Positions 33,598 to 41,937 of a stretch of 43,953 nucleotides of DNA are shown here, in pieces (position 1 is the first letter of the stretch; each line of letters opens with the position of its first letter). Where the stretch lies: assembly GCA_021154785.1 (NCBI GenBank), contig JAJKHX010000321.1:1-43953 (forward strand), in the 5' to 3' direction. The translations under genes and the position numbers were made by a program. The notes under the pieces are model-generated. The model saw nothing but the letters and a program-made list of their open reading frames with translations. It was not told the origin of the DNA and searched no databases. Source of the stretch: Nocardiopsis sp. GTDB taxonomy: Bacteria > Actinomycetota > Actinomycetes > Streptosporangiales > Streptosporangiaceae.

Positions 33598-34482
33598 ATG
33601 CGAGCCATGACGAGAACCCTGGACGCCGAGATCGCGGTTCCGGCCCAGTGCGAGCTGGCCGAGGGGCCGTTCTGGGATGCCGCCCACGGCCAGCTGCGCT
33701 GGGTGGACATCCTGCGCGGCCAGGTGCACGCCTTCGACCCGGTCACCGCCGCGCACACCTGGTTCGAGACCGGCGGCGAGCTCGGCACCGCCGGGCTGAC
33801 CCGCGACGGCGGCCTGGTGCTCGCGCTGTCCGACCATTTCGCCCTGGCCGGCGACGACGGCGCGGACCTGCGGCGGCTAGGTGACTTCGCGGTCGACGGG
33901 AGCGTGTTCCGGTTCAACGACGGCAAGCCGGACCCGTGGGGGAGCATGTGGGCCGGGACCTGCACGCTGGCCGACAAGGGCCCGCCGTGCGCCCTGTACC
34001 GGGTCACCCCCGACGGCTCGGTCACCGAGCTGTTCGGCGGCATCGGCCTCTCCAACGGCCTGGACTGGACTGATGACCGCCGGTCGTTCTACTTCGCGGA
34101 CAGCTACGGCGGGGGAGTGGACGTGTTCGCCACCGACCCCGGCACCGGCGCGCTCTCCGGCCGGCGCCAGTTCGTCCCGGTCTCCGGCGGCCTGCCCGAC
34201 GGCCTGACCCTGGACGCGGAGGGCGGCCTGTGGCTCGCCGTGTGGGGCTCCGGCGAACTGCGCCGCTACACACCCGACGGCCGCCTGGACACGGTGGTGA
34301 AGCTCCCGGTCACCCAGGTCACCTCGGCCGCCTTCGGCGGCGCGGACCTGAGCACCCTGTACATCACCACCGCCCGGGAGAACTTCACCCCCGGCGAGGT
34401 GGCCGCGCAGCCCCACGCCGGCGACATCTTCGCCTGCACCCCGGGCGTGACCGGGCGCCCGCCATACTTGTTCGGTGCCTGA
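33598..34482 (+). CDS. SMP-30/gluconolactonase/LRE family protein
   Basis: 294 aa. It has 'CELAEGPFWD', 'RFNDGKPDPWG', 'SNGLDWTDD', 'PDGLTLDAEGGLWLAVWG' and 'VTSAAFGG.DLSTLYITTA'. Confidence 0.9.
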   Translation: MRAMTRTLDAEIAVPAQCELAEGPFWDAAHGQLRWVDILRGQVHAFDPVTAAHTWFETGGELGTAGLTRDGGLVLALSDHFALAGDDGADLRRLGDFAVDGSVFRFNDGKPDPWGSMWAGTCTLADKGPPCALYRVTPDGSVTELFGGIGLSNGLDWTDDRRSFYFADSYGGGVDVFATDPGTGALSGRRQFVPVSGGLPDGLTLDAEGGLWLAVWGSGELRRYTPDGRLDTVVKLPVTQVTSAAFGGADLSTLYITTARENFTPGEVAAQPHAGDIFACTPGVTGRPPYLFGA

Positions 34483-35020
34483 CCTGACCAAGCTCCTGGA
34501 CCAGTACCACCCCGCGGGCGACGCCGAGACGGCCGACGTGCGACGGCTCCGGGCGCTGCTCGCGACCGCCGGCAATCCCTACCGGCGCGACCTGCCGCTC
34601 CACGTCACCGCGTCCGCGCTGATCGCCCACCCGCCCACCGCCCGCGTCCTGCTGCGCTGGCACCAGCGCCAGCAGGCCTGGCTGCAGGTCGGCGGGCACG
34701 GCGACCCGGGCGAGACCGACCCCCTCGCCATCGTCGCCCGGGAAGCGGAAGAAGAAACCGGCCTGACCGACCTGGTCCCCTGGCCCGACGCCGCCATCAG
34801 GCAGGTGGTGATCGTCCGCGTTCCTCCCGGCAAGGGGGAGCCGGCCCACGAGCACGCCGACATCCGCTTCTTCATGGCCACCGGGGACCCGGACGCGGCG
34901 CGCCCGGAGACCCCGGACGCGCGGCTACGCTGGCTGACCCTGCCCGAGGCGCACGAGATCACCTCCGAGCCCAACCTGAGGCAGGCCCTGACCCGGATGG
35001 CACCGCTGCTAGCTGGCTAA
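34475..35020 (+). CDS. NUDIX hydrolase
   Basis: 181 aa with a GTG start overlapping the previous gene by 8 nt. The Nudix box is 'GGHGDPGETDPLAIVAREAEEETGL' (Gx5Ex7REUxEExGU). Confidence 0.85.
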   Translation: MPDLTKLLDQYHPAGDAETADVRRLRALLATAGNPYRRDLPLHVTASALIAHPPTARVLLRWHQRQQAWLQVGGHGDPGETDPLAIVAREAEEETGLTDLVPWPDAAIRQVVIVRVPPGKGEPAHEHADIRFFMATGDPDAARPETPDARLRWLTLPEAHEITSEPNLRQALTRMAPLLAG

Positions 35021-35073
35021 CCAGGCACTCCCGCCTCTTACCGCCAAACGGTCACAGACTTATCATCAGGGCC

Positions 35074-36279
35074 ATGACAGCTATCCGGCTCGCCGACCGC
35101 ATGGCCAACCTCGGCACCGAGTCCGCCTTCGAGGTGCTGGCCCGGGCCCGGGCCATCGAGGACGCCGGCGGGAAGGTCATCCACCTGGAGATCGGCGAGC
35201 CGGACTTCCCGACCGCCCCGCACATCGTCGAGGCCGCGGTCGAGGCCCTGCACGCGGGCGCCACCCACTACGTGCCCGCGCCCGGCATCCCGCCGCTGCG
35301 CCAGGCCGTGGCCGCCTTCCTCGAGCGGACCGGCCGGATGCGCGTTTCGCCGGACCGGGTCGTCATCACGCCGGGGGCCAAGCCGATCATGTTCTTCACC
35401 ATCCTCGCCCTGGCGGGCGAGGGCGACGAGGTGCTCTACCCCGACCCCGGTTTCCCGATGTACGCCTCGATCACCTCGCTCGCGGGTGCCGTGCCGGTTC
35501 CCGTCCCGCTGCGCCAGCGCAACGGCTTCCGCATCGACACGGACGAGCTCGAGCGGCTGATCACGGACCGGACCAGGCTGCTGATCATCAACTCGCCGCA
35601 CAACCCGTGCGGCAGCGCGCTCACCCGCCAGGACTGCGAGGAGATCGCCGCCATCGCCATGCGGCACGACCTCATCGTGCTGACCGACGAGGTGTACTGG
35701 GCCATCCAGTACGGCCAGAGCAGTGCCAGCCCGGGGGGACCACCCCCCGGAACCCCCCGCCATGCCAGCGTGCTCGACGTCGAGGGGATGGCGGACCGGA
35801 CGATCCTGCTGGACGGGTGGTCGAAGACCTTCGCGATGACCGGCTGGCGGCTTGGTTTCGGCGTGTTCCCGCCCGCCCTGGTGGAGCCGGTCACCCGGCT
35901 GGCCATCAACTCGGTCTCGTGCACGTCGGCGTTCAGCCAGTACGCCGCCATCGCCGCCCTGGAAGGCCCGTGGGATCCGGTCGAGGCGATGGTGGCTGAG
36001 TTCCGCCGCCGCCGGGACATCGTCGTGGCCGGGCTCAACGACCTTCCCGGCGTCAGCTGCCTCGAGCCGCAGGGCGCCTTCTACGCCTTCCCCGACATCA
36101 CCAGGACCGGGCAGGCATCGTCGGACTTGCAGGCCAGGCTGCTGGCGGACGCGGGGGTGGCGGCGCTGGCCGGGTCCGCGTTCGGCCCGTACGGCGAGGG
36201 TTTCCTGCGATTTTCCTACGCTAACTCAGTGGAGAACATCCGGCTCGCGCTGGAGGCGGTCAGGGCACAGCTCGGCTAG
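35074..36279 (+). CDS. pyridoxal-phosphate-dependent aminotransferase, class I/II (aspartate aminotransferase-like)
   Basis: 401 aa. It has 'HLEIGEPDFPTP', 'YPDPGFP', 'INSPHNPCG' and the PLP-Lys context 'DGWSKTFAMTGWRLG'. It carries an unusual Pro/Gly insert at aa 216-229. Confidence 0.9.
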   Translation: MTAIRLADRMANLGTESAFEVLARARAIEDAGGKVIHLEIGEPDFPTAPHIVEAAVEALHAGATHYVPAPGIPPLRQAVAAFLERTGRMRVSPDRVVITPGAKPIMFFTILALAGEGDEVLYPDPGFPMYASITSLAGAVPVPVPLRQRNGFRIDTDELERLITDRTRLLIINSPHNPCGSALTRQDCEEIAAIAMRHDLIVLTDEVYWAIQYGQSSASPGGPPPGTPRHASVLDVEGMADRTILLDGWSKTFAMTGWRLGFGVFPPALVEPVTRLAINSVSCTSAFSQYAAIAALEGPWDPVEAMVAEFRRRRDIVVAGLNDLPGVSCLEPQGAFYAFPDITRTGQASSDLQARLLADAGVAALAGSAFGPYGEGFLRFSYANSVENIRLALEAVRAQLG

Positions 36280-36304
36280 CGGCCGCGCCTCGCGGTAAGG
36301 CCTG

Positions 36305-36520
36305 CTATGCCCGTGCTAAGGCCAGCTCGGGCTCGCCATCCCCGTCGTCCAGCTTGAGGAATTCCTCCGCGGCCGCGCCCATCGACATATCACCAGGCTG
36401 GAGCCCTTCACCTGAGCCCGGAGGGCTGTCCGGGTTGATTTTGATGAAGGGCGGAAGCTGCGGTTCGGACCAAACAACCTTCTTGCGCTTGCCGATGACC
36501 CAGCGCCTTATCCTGACCAT
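36305..36520 (-). CDS. small hypothetical protein (71 aa, basic N-terminus / acidic C-terminus)
   Basis: It lies 27 nt downstream of the membrane-protein gene on the same strand. Codons are mostly GC3-rich, but it contains one TTA Leu codon. There is a weak GGTAGG Shine-Dalgarno. No family was recognised. Confidence 0.4.
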   Translation of the reverse strand: MVRIRRWVIGKRKKVVWSEPQLPPFIKINPDSPPGSGEGLQPGDMSMGAAAEEFLKLDDGDGEPELALARA

Positions 36521-36547
36521 GATGTTTACCTACCCACGGGGCCATTC

Positions 36548-37417
36548 TTAACCGTGCTGCGCGGACCGGCCTGAGATCATTTCCGGGGTGGCCCGCGGGT
36601 CGCTGCCGTCGGCGTCGGCCCGCTGGACATCGCGGCGCGTGATTGCCAGGTAGCCGACGCCCAGGGCCACCGCGATCACCACGATGACCGCGACCCGGCC
36701 GGACCCGAAGCCCGCGCCGCTCAGCGAGCGCGCCCGGCCGAAATAATCGGCGAATGACGCGCCCAGGGGGCGGGTCACCACGTAGGCGAACCAGAAGGCC
36801 GCGACCGCGTTAAGCCCGAACCGGGACCAGAACAGGGCGGGAATTCCGATGATGACCAAGAACATGATCGCGGACGTGAGATAGCCCAGGCCCAGAACGC
36901 TGGCCGTGAAGTCGCCGAGCGCCGTGCCGAGCGCGAAGGTGGCGAACACCACGGACCAGTAGCAGGCCTCGCGTCTTTGGGTAACGATGCTGTGAATGGA
37001 CAGCGTGCCCTCGCTGCGGTACCAGAGCCAGAAGACCAGCGCGAGCACTACCGCCCAGAGCAGGGTGGTGCCCGCATACGGGATGCCGGCGAAAAGGTGC
37101 AGCGCGTCCGACACCCCGGTGCCGAAGATCGCGATGGCGTAGGCCAGCGACCAGTAGGCGGCCGCGACGTAGCGGCGCGTCCTGAACTGCCAGGTCAGCG
37201 CGATGATCATCAGCCCGGCTTCCACCACGGCGCCGACCGCTCTGCTGCCCTGGGCCAGGTAATCGGAAACGGCCTCGCCACCGCAGGTGGTCAGGATCTT
37301 GATCACCCAGAACATGAAGGTGATTTCAGGCACCTTCGCGGCGGCCGGTTCAGGAAACAACATCCCCGCCCGGCTGGCCCAGGTCCGAAATCCAGCCGGG
37401 CGGGGATGAGCGGTCAA
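36548..37417 (-). CDS. hypothetical integral membrane protein
   Basis: It has about 8 hydrophobic helices. 'KVPEITFMFWVIKILTTCGGEAVSDYL' resembles a conserved membrane-anchored protein family (COG4705-like, from memory). An alternative start is ATG 37363. Confidence 0.75.
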   Translation of the reverse strand: MTAHPRPAGFRTWASRAGMLFPEPAAAKVPEITFMFWVIKILTTCGGEAVSDYLAQGSRAVGAVVEAGLMIIALTWQFRTRRYVAAAYWSLAYAIAIFGTGVSDALHLFAGIPYAGTTLLWAVVLALVFWLWYRSEGTLSIHSIVTQRREACYWSVVFATFALGTALGDFTASVLGLGYLTSAIMFLVIIGIPALFWSRFGLNAVAAFWFAYVVTRPLGASFADYFGRARSLSGAGFGSGRVAVIVVIAVALGVGYLAITRRDVQRADADGSDPRATPEMISGRSAQHG

Positions 37418-37631
37418 GAAGCCTCCAAGGGTAAAACGACGCCAGGCAACAGTAAGTTGCCGCCATCTGCCAGCGGGACCTCCCGGAGGACGAAATCCGG
37501 TCCGGCGGCATCATCCTCAGGTCTGATAGCGAGCCCGTATAGCCGCCTTTACCAGCGACAATGCGCCAGCTCTCCGCGGCTGGCGGAAACCGGACGAGTA
37601 CGCTGCCGGTAGGCGCGGACGAAGGGCATGC

Positions 37632-38894
37632 ATGGGCATCATGACCAGGCTCCCCGCCCCGCTAGGGGCCAGGGCACAGCCGGCCCGCGAGGGGCCGGGC
37701 GAGCAGCTGCCGGACGAGATCTCCCGCGGCCTGTTCGGCCAGGGCCGCCGGCTGATGCGGACCCATCCGCTCGCCACCGACGTGCTGCTGGCCGCGCTGC
37801 TCCTGGCCTCCTGCTCGCTCTGGCTGGCCTGGTCGGGTATCTCCGGCAGCGATCCGGCCATCATCCAGACCGCGCTGATCCTCGTGCTGGTCGCCCGCCG
37901 TCAGTACCCGTCCGCGGTCTTCGTCGTCAGCAGCGGCATCGCGTTCGTCCAGTGGCTGCGCGGCTACCCGCTCCTCGGGGACGCCGCCCTGCTGGTCGCG
38001 CTGTACACGGTGGCGGCCCACGAGTCACGGATCCGGGCCCTGCTCGCTACCGTCGTGCTCGAGGCCGGGGCCGCCATGGCGGCGGTCAAGTGGCAGCCGG
38101 CCGGCACCGTGCCGCGCTCGCTGCTCTTCCTGTCCGCCATGGTGGTGGCGGCACTGTTCGCCGGCCTGGCGGCCGGGTCGGGAAGCCAGTACCTGGACTG
38201 GATGGACGAGCGCGCCCGCAGGCTCGAAGTCGAGCGGGACCAGCAGGCGGTGATCGCGGCCGCCGCCGAGCGGACCCGGATCGCCCGGGACCTGCACGAC
38301 ATCGTCTCCCATAGCCTGTCGGTCGTGATCACGCTGGCCGATGCGGCCGCCGTCGTCAGCCGCGCCGATCCCGCCCGCGGGACCGAGGCGATGACCGAGG
38401 CCTCGGAGGTGGCCCGCTCGGCCCTGACCGACCTGCGGGCGATGCTCGGCGTGCTGCGCACCGACGAGCTGGCCGCGGGCCTGGCGCCGCAACCCGGCCT
38501 CGGCGACCTCGGCGCGCTCGTCGAGCGGATCCGGGCGACCGGCCTGCCGGTCGACCTGACCGTGGACGGAACGCCGTTCCCGCTCGGCGCCGCGGCCGAG
38601 CTGACCACGTACCGCATCGTCCAGGAGGCGCTGACCAATACCCTGCGCCACGCCGCGGCCAGCCACGCGGCGGTCACCATCACCTACAGCCGTCCTCAGG
38701 TCCGGGTCCGGGTCACCGATGACGGCTCGGCGCGGGCGCCGGATCCGACCCGCGCCGACGGCGGGCACCGGGGGCACGGCATCGACGGCATGCGTGAACG
38801 GGCCGCGCTGCACGGCGGCACGCTGCGGGCCGGGCCCAACCCGGACGCCCCGGCGGGCTGGCTGGTCGAGGCGACCTTCGGGCGGGCCGGGTGA
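37632..38894 (+). CDS. sensor histidine kinase (HisKA_3 / NarL-partner type)
   Basis: It has an N-terminal multi-TM region, the H-box 'ERTRIARDLHDIVSHSLSVV', and the ATPase motifs 'QEALTNTLRHA' and 'DDG...GHGIDGMRERA'. The start is uncertain; ATG 37755 is possible. Confidence 0.85.
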   Translation: MGIMTRLPAPLGARAQPAREGPGEQLPDEISRGLFGQGRRLMRTHPLATDVLLAALLLASCSLWLAWSGISGSDPAIIQTALILVLVARRQYPSAVFVVSSGIAFVQWLRGYPLLGDAALLVALYTVAAHESRIRALLATVVLEAGAAMAAVKWQPAGTVPRSLLFLSAMVVAALFAGLAAGSGSQYLDWMDERARRLEVERDQQAVIAAAAERTRIARDLHDIVSHSLSVVITLADAAAVVSRADPARGTEAMTEASEVARSALTDLRAMLGVLRTDELAAGLAPQPGLGDLGALVERIRATGLPVDLTVDGTPFPLGAAAELTTYRIVQEALTNTLRHAAASHAAVTITYSRPQVRVRVTDDGSARAPDPTRADGGHRGHGIDGMRERAALHGGTLRAGPNPDAPAGWLVEATFGRAG

Positions 38895-39589
38895 GCGTCT
38901 CCGTCTTGCTGGCCGACGATCAGCCGCTGCTGCGCCGCGGCTTCCGCATGATCCTCGAGGCCGAGGGCGACCTGACAGTGGTCGGCGAGGCGGGTAACGG
39001 GGAGGAAGCCGTCGAGCTCGCGCGCCGGCACACCCCGGACGTGGCGCTGATGGACATCCGGATGCCGGGAACCGACGGCATCCAGGCCACTCAGCGGATC
39101 ACCGCCGCCGGGCCGCTGCCCAAGGTGCTGGTCCTGACCACCTTCGACCTGGACGAGTACGCCTTCGGCGCGCTCCGGGCGGGCGCCAGCGGTTTCCTGC
39201 TCAAGGACGTGCGCCCGGGCGAGCTCGTCGCCGCCATCAGGACCGTCGCGGCCGGCGACGCGGTGGTCTCGCCCCGGGTGACGCGCCGCCTGCTCGAGGA
39301 GTACGCCCAGGTGCTCCCGCTGGCCCCGGGCCAGGGGGAGCAGCGGTACCCGCAGCTGGCCGCGCTGACCGAACGCGAGCGCGAGGTGCTCATCGCGGTG
39401 GCCCGCGGACTGTCCAACACCGAGATCGCGGCGTCCCTGTTCGTCTCCGAGGCCACGGTGAAGTCACACGTCGGGCGGATCCTGTCCAAGCTCGCCCTGC
39501 GGGACCGGGTCCAGGTCGTCGTCCTCGCCTACGAGGCCGGCCTCATCCAGCCCGGCGCGGGCGAGAATCGAGCGGGCCCGACCCCTTAG
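38891..39589 (+). CDS. NarL/FixJ-family response regulator (LuxR-type HTH)
   Basis: 232 aa with a GTGA overlap with the kinase stop. The receiver reads 'VLLADDQPLLRRG...DVALMDIRMPGTDG...VLVLTTFD'. The HTH reads 'LTEREREVLIAVARGLSNTEIAASLFVSEATVKSHVGRILSKL'. Confidence 0.95.
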   Translation: MSVSVLLADDQPLLRRGFRMILEAEGDLTVVGEAGNGEEAVELARRHTPDVALMDIRMPGTDGIQATQRITAAGPLPKVLVLTTFDLDEYAFGALRAGASGFLLKDVRPGELVAAIRTVAAGDAVVSPRVTRRLLEEYAQVLPLAPGQGEQRYPQLAALTEREREVLIAVARGLSNTEIAASLFVSEATVKSHVGRILSKLALRDRVQVVVLAYEAGLIQPGAGENRAGPTP

Positions 39590-39659
39590 GCAGGCCGGCC
39601 GAATGGACCGGGTGATACGCCACCTCGTTCGGCAACGCCATGCGATGCGAGCGGTCGGC

Positions 39660-40157
39660 TCAGGTTCGCGGCGCGGGTCCCTGCCCGGTGTCCAGTTCAG
39701 CCCATACCGCCTTGCCTGCTTCGGTCTCGCGCACCCCCCACTTGGCCGCCAGGGCATCCACGAGGACCAACCCGAAACCCGACTCATCGGACCCGTCCGG
39801 GATACGCGGTCGCGGCCAGCGCCGGTCGGTGTCCTGGATCTCGATCCGCAGCCAGGTTCGGGTGGCATGCAGGTCCACCTCTACGGCATCGCTCCCCCTG
39901 GCGTGCCGGACGGCGTTGGTGACCAGTTCGGACACGAGCAGGACAGCGGTATTTTCTACGTGCGCCAGCCGCCATGCGGTCAGTACCAGGTGGGTGGCGT
40001 GCCGGGCCAGCCGCACCGAGTGGTCCTCGGCCGGCAGCGTCATGAGCAGTCTCCGCCAGGGGCCCGCCGCCCCGTCAGGATTGGTCTGAACGTCATAGAG
40101 TCCACTCTTTTCAGCCATCGATGCCTCATCCTCGTCGTCCGCCGGGATCTCCGGCAT
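39660..40157 (-). CDS. ATP-binding protein, anti-sigma-factor-like serine kinase fold (HATPase_c_2 / RsbW-AbaA-like)
   Basis: 'VRLARHATHLVLTAWRL...AVLLVSELVTNAVRHA...LRIEIQDTD...ESGFGLVLVDALAAKWGV' is the typical pattern. An alternative start is ATG 40118. Confidence 0.8.
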   Translation of the reverse strand: MPEIPADDEDEASMAEKSGLYDVQTNPDGAAGPWRRLLMTLPAEDHSVRLARHATHLVLTAWRLAHVENTAVLLVSELVTNAVRHARGSDAVEVDLHATRTWLRIEIQDTDRRWPRPRIPDGSDESGFGLVLVDALAAKWGVRETEAGKAVWAELDTGQGPAPRT

Positions 40158-40372
40158 TGCTCACGGCGGATCGGCGGCGGGCTCGCCGCCCGAAAGTGGC
40201 TGCCCGTGATAGGGCCGCCTACGACGTGCGTTCCCGTGCTTCTGCGCCGTCTCAGAATCAGGCCCCGAGCTAGGCCGGACCTCAAGAGCAGCTGACTGTC
40301 GGCATTAGATCTACTGGCCAGTAGCTAAGTATTGGCTGACTACAAGCTGATAGCCGCGGGTGCCGGGCACGG

Positions 40373-40462
40373 TCAGGTGCTGTGGACCTGGAATTCCCGC
40401 AGGCTGTAGCCGTACCGGGTGGCGCGGGCGGTGCCGTACATGCGGATGTGCCCGCTCAGACA
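40373..40462 (-). pseudogene. C-terminal ~28-aa remnant of an F5/8 type C (discoidin/CBM32) domain protein
   Basis: The minus-strand translation is 'LSGHIRMYGTARATRYGYSLREFQVHST*'. It aligns almost residue for residue with 'GTGRYIRMTGTARATQYGYSLFEFKVFSST' of the intact gene at 42358..42438. It has no upstream coding continuation and abuts the ROK stop codon. Confidence 0.55.
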
Positions 40463-40471
40463 GGCGCGCGT

Positions 40472-41686
40472 TCAGCTGGCGGGGCGGTCGCTTCTGAAGG
40501 CGGGGAACGCCGTCCCGCTCAGCAGGGCCTCGATGGGCAGCGTGGCGGCGCCGAGGGCAACGGCGTCCGGTCCCAGGCGGCCGAGCTCGATCGAGGTCTG
40601 GGCGAACGAGTAGCGCAGCGAGTGCTCGCGGGCCGCGGCCTCGATGGCGGGCAGCATCCGCTCGCCCAGCAGCAGGCCCGCCCAGCCGCCGATGATGATC
40701 CGCTCCGGGTTGAACAAGTTGATCAGGTTGCCGATGCTGACGCCGAGGTAGAGCGCGGCCTCGTCCAGCACCTCGGCCGCCCGTTCCGACGTCGAGGCCA
40801 GTTCGATCAGCGCGGCGAGCGCGGACTCCTGGTCCAGGCCGGGGAAAGCGTCGCCGTACCGGTCCAGGATGGCCTCGGCTCCGGCGTAGGCCTCCAGGCA
40901 GCCGCGCGCCCCGCACCGGCAGGTGCGGCCGCCCGCGATCACGGTGGTGTGCCCCCACTCCACCGCGCTGGACGTGGAGCCCCGGTGCGAGGAGCCGTGG
41001 GCGATGATGCTCGCGCCTACCCCCGAGCCGATCAGGCAGACGACGGCGTGCTGGGTTCCGCGCCCGGTGCCGAACCACAGTTCCGCCTGGCCCATCGTCT
41101 TGGCGCCGTTGTCGATGTGCAGCGGCAGGCTGGTCCCGGCGCGCAGCAGCCGCTCCAGCGGGACCGCGTCCCAGCCGTAGCTCTGCCCGTGCACGCGGGC
41201 ATCGGGCCCGTTCTCGACGATGCCGGGAACGCCGATCCCGACGCCCAGGACGGCCGACGGGCTGACGCCGCTGCGGGTCAGCACTTCGTCCAGGCCGGCC
41301 AGGATCGCCTCCACGATCACGGCGACGTCGTGCTGCCGGGGGTCCAGCGGGTAGTCGACCTTGGCCCGCTCGGCCATGGTCAGGTCGAACAGCTCGACCC
41401 GGACCCGGATCTCGCCGACGTCGACCCCGATGACGTACCCGTAGTCCGGGTTCACCTGCAGCAGGACCCGCGGCCGCCCGCCGTCCGAGTCGACCGAGCC
41501 GGCCTCGACCACGATGCCCTCGTCGATCAGCTCGCGGACGACGTTGCTGACCGAAGCCGGGCTGAGCCCGGTGGCGGCACTGAGGTCCGGGCGGCTCAGC
41601 GGCTGCTCGAAGAACAGCGACGACAAGAGCACCGCGCGGTTGTCGCGACGCAGGTCACGAACGGTCCACCGCCGTCGCTCGCGCAT
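40472..41686 (-). CDS. ROK family transcriptional regulator (NagC/XylR-type)
   Basis: 404 aa. The N-terminal wHTH reads 'NRAVLLSSLFFEQPLSRPDLSAATGLSPASVSNVVRELIDEGIV'. The ROK sugar-kinase-like body has 'GVGIGVPGIV' and the Zn motif 'HTTVIAGGRTCRCGARGCLEAY'. Confidence 0.9.
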   Translation of the reverse strand: MRERRRWTVRDLRRDNRAVLLSSLFFEQPLSRPDLSAATGLSPASVSNVVRELIDEGIVVEAGSVDSDGGRPRVLLQVNPDYGYVIGVDVGEIRVRVELFDLTMAERAKVDYPLDPRQHDVAVIVEAILAGLDEVLTRSGVSPSAVLGVGIGVPGIVENGPDARVHGQSYGWDAVPLERLLRAGTSLPLHIDNGAKTMGQAELWFGTGRGTQHAVVCLIGSGVGASIIAHGSSHRGSTSSAVEWGHTTVIAGGRTCRCGARGCLEAYAGAEAILDRYGDAFPGLDQESALAALIELASTSERAAEVLDEAALYLGVSIGNLINLFNPERIIIGGWAGLLLGERMLPAIEAAAREHSLRYSFAQTSIELGRLGPDAVALGAATLPIEALLSGTAFPAFRSDRPAS

Positions 41687-41808
41687 GCTTCCCCCAAGAG
41701 GCCTCCGGCTGATCTGACCTTATAACAAGCCGTTCACGAAATGTTTATACCGGTCGCAGGGCGTCATCCGGCCATCCCGTCACATTCGCGCACATTCGTT
41801 GCAAGATC

Positions 41809-41837
41809 TTGACGGTCTGTGTCCGAGCAGTTAAGTT
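41809..41837 (+). promoter_or_regulatory. candidate sigma70-type promoter for the secreted glycosidase-like gene
   Basis: TTGACG (41809..41814), a 17-nt spacer, then TAAGTT (41832..41837). It lies in the only AT-rich stretch of this intergenic region, ~100 nt upstream of ATG 41938. The -10 element overlaps the inverted repeat AGTTAA-N9-TTAACT (41829..41849). Confidence 0.4.
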
Positions 41838-41937
41838 ACGCCATTAACTAAGCCTTATATCAACCCTGACCAGCTCAAACGTGGGCCGTTCAGGGCCCGT
41901 CCAGTCTGGGGTGCCACTAGTCCAGGAGCCGTTGCCC

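Noticed and set aside
40200-40300. Possible WhiJ-like XRE regulator remnant ('...VLLRRLRIRPRARPDLKSS*') next to the ATP-binding protein
   Set aside because: The resemblance to the 'ELRRLRE.AGLT' HTH start is too weak and too short to count.
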